From the NCBI GenBank assembly GCA_964001155.1, contig CAXFCD010000214.1:1-35646 (forward strand): a stretch of DNA of 35,646 nt, read 5' to 3'. This stretch comes from an uncultured bacterium. Lineage in GTDB: Bacteria; Fidelibacterota; Marinisomatia; Marinisomatales; UBA1611. The position numbers and the translations under genes are program-made. This document shows, in pieces, positions 34,924 to 35,646 of the stretch (positions are counted from its first letter, which is position 1; the number at the start of each line of letters is the position of its first letter). The notes under the pieces were generated by a model, which made no database searches, was not told where the DNA came from, and worked only from the letters and a program-made list of their open reading frames with translations.

Positions 34924-35645
34924 TAAAGTCCGATCCCTATTTCAATGCCATGGATCATAGCACCTGTCCCAAAAATGAAAGCGCCATAATGTATTGTAGT
35001 AACACCGGCCTGATACCCAATTCCAAATCCGGTTGCCCCAATCACAGACCGGAAAAAATCCTGTTTTGTATTATGGTCAACTTTTCGTGTGGAGGTGCCC
35101 CAACGAATCTGCAGGTTATTTTTTAAGTTAAAAATTCCCCCAAGAAAAATTTCAGGTTCATCCTCGCTGGGGGATAACACTGTATCTAAGAATAAGGTGA
35201 GAGGGAGGTGTGCCAATTTCTTGGCACCGCTGATTACAGTTTTGGAAACTATTGCACCCTCTGCAAATTGATCGCGGCTAAATGTTTTGCCTACATGATG
35301 GAGTGACACACCGAAGGTGCCCTGAAATCGATGGATAAATAATTCACCGCCAAATGAAAACAAGAGTGCCTTCACCTGGTGGTCTTTCAGGAAAGATGAG
35401 AAATATTGCAAGGATGTGCCAACTCTCACAGGCAAGAATTTAAACTGTTGTGAAAATCCGCTGTGGATCCAAGTATCCCCGGACTGATAAGCGCCTGTTG
35501 AATTGAAATTTTCGTCATAGCCATCGAACGTTCCGTAGGCAATATGACGTAAGGAAAAAGTGCCTATGCCATCTTTCCAAGGCAGGCTCATACCCGCACT
35601 TTGACTGGTGATGCCCGCTTGATATCGAATGATAGACGTTGAAAA
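34923..35645 (-). CDS. 5'-truncated PorQ/PorV-like (FadL-fold) outer-membrane barrel
   Basis: The frame is open to the window end (...IIRYQAGITSQSAG-M). YGTFDGYDENFNSTGAY..GD and KKLAHLPL resemble PorQ-family motifs as I recall them. Confidence 0.6.
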   Translation of the reverse strand, partial: FSTSIIRYQAGITSQSAGMSLPWKDGIGTFSLRHIAYGTFDGYDENFNSTGAYQSGDTWIHSGFSQQFKFLPVRVGTSLQYFSSFLKDHQVKALLFSFGGELFIHRFQGTFGVSLHHVGKTFSRDQFAEGAIVSKTVISGAKKLAHLPLTLFLDTVLSPSEDEPEIFLGGIFNLKNNLQIRWGTSTRKVDHNTKQDFFRSVIGATGFGIGYQAGVTTIHYGAFIFGTGAMIHGIEIGIGL

Positions 35646-35646
35646 A

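Noticed and set aside
1-35646. CRISPR arrays, tRNA/rRNA genes, riboswitches, transposases, prophage or defence systems
   Set aside because: No regularly spaced repeats, cloverleaf or rRNA signatures, or mobile-element ORFs were seen by eye. Intergenic gaps are mostly too short. An Infernal/Rfam scan would be needed to exclude small ncRNAs formally.

Overview
A gene-dense bacterial chromosomal window, mostly housekeeping, truncated inside a gene at both ends. Several traits point to the FCB superphylum, most plausibly a Marinimicrobia-like organism (inference, no database check): the uppS-bamA-skp-lpxD-lpxC-fabZ-lpxA order, an FCB-type LpxC, a PorQ-like gene and a Cys-rich lipoprotein. Blocks from left to right: (1) + strand M23-like C-terminus, rhomboid, cdd, tdk, nupC, adk, coaE; (2) an AT-rich 2.3 kb insert with an unannotated gene remnant and a Cys-rich lipoprotein; (3) - strand nfeD, floA, methyltransferase, yqfB-like; (4) + strand lpxL, tsaC, DUF3108; (5) a long - strand run of ferredoxin, mrp, uppS, bamA, skp, lpxD, lpxC, fabZ, lpxA, unknown, dxr, rseP; (6) + strand MFS and FGGY kinase; (7) - strand porQ-like, lipase, marR, mutY, plsC, doxX, SDR, pepC, HAD. 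I found no rRNA, tRNA, CRISPR array, transposase or integrase. I cannot claim a wholly new system with certainty. The strongest leads are a MarR gene with a perfect palindromic operator coupled to a MutY that carries a complete Nudix box, an Mrp/ApbC lacking its CxxC motif next to an extra-Cys ferredoxin, a methyltransferase inside an nfeD-floA-yqfB flotillin operon, an MFS paired with an FGGY kinase whose substrate residues are altered, and a split LpxC/FabZ.
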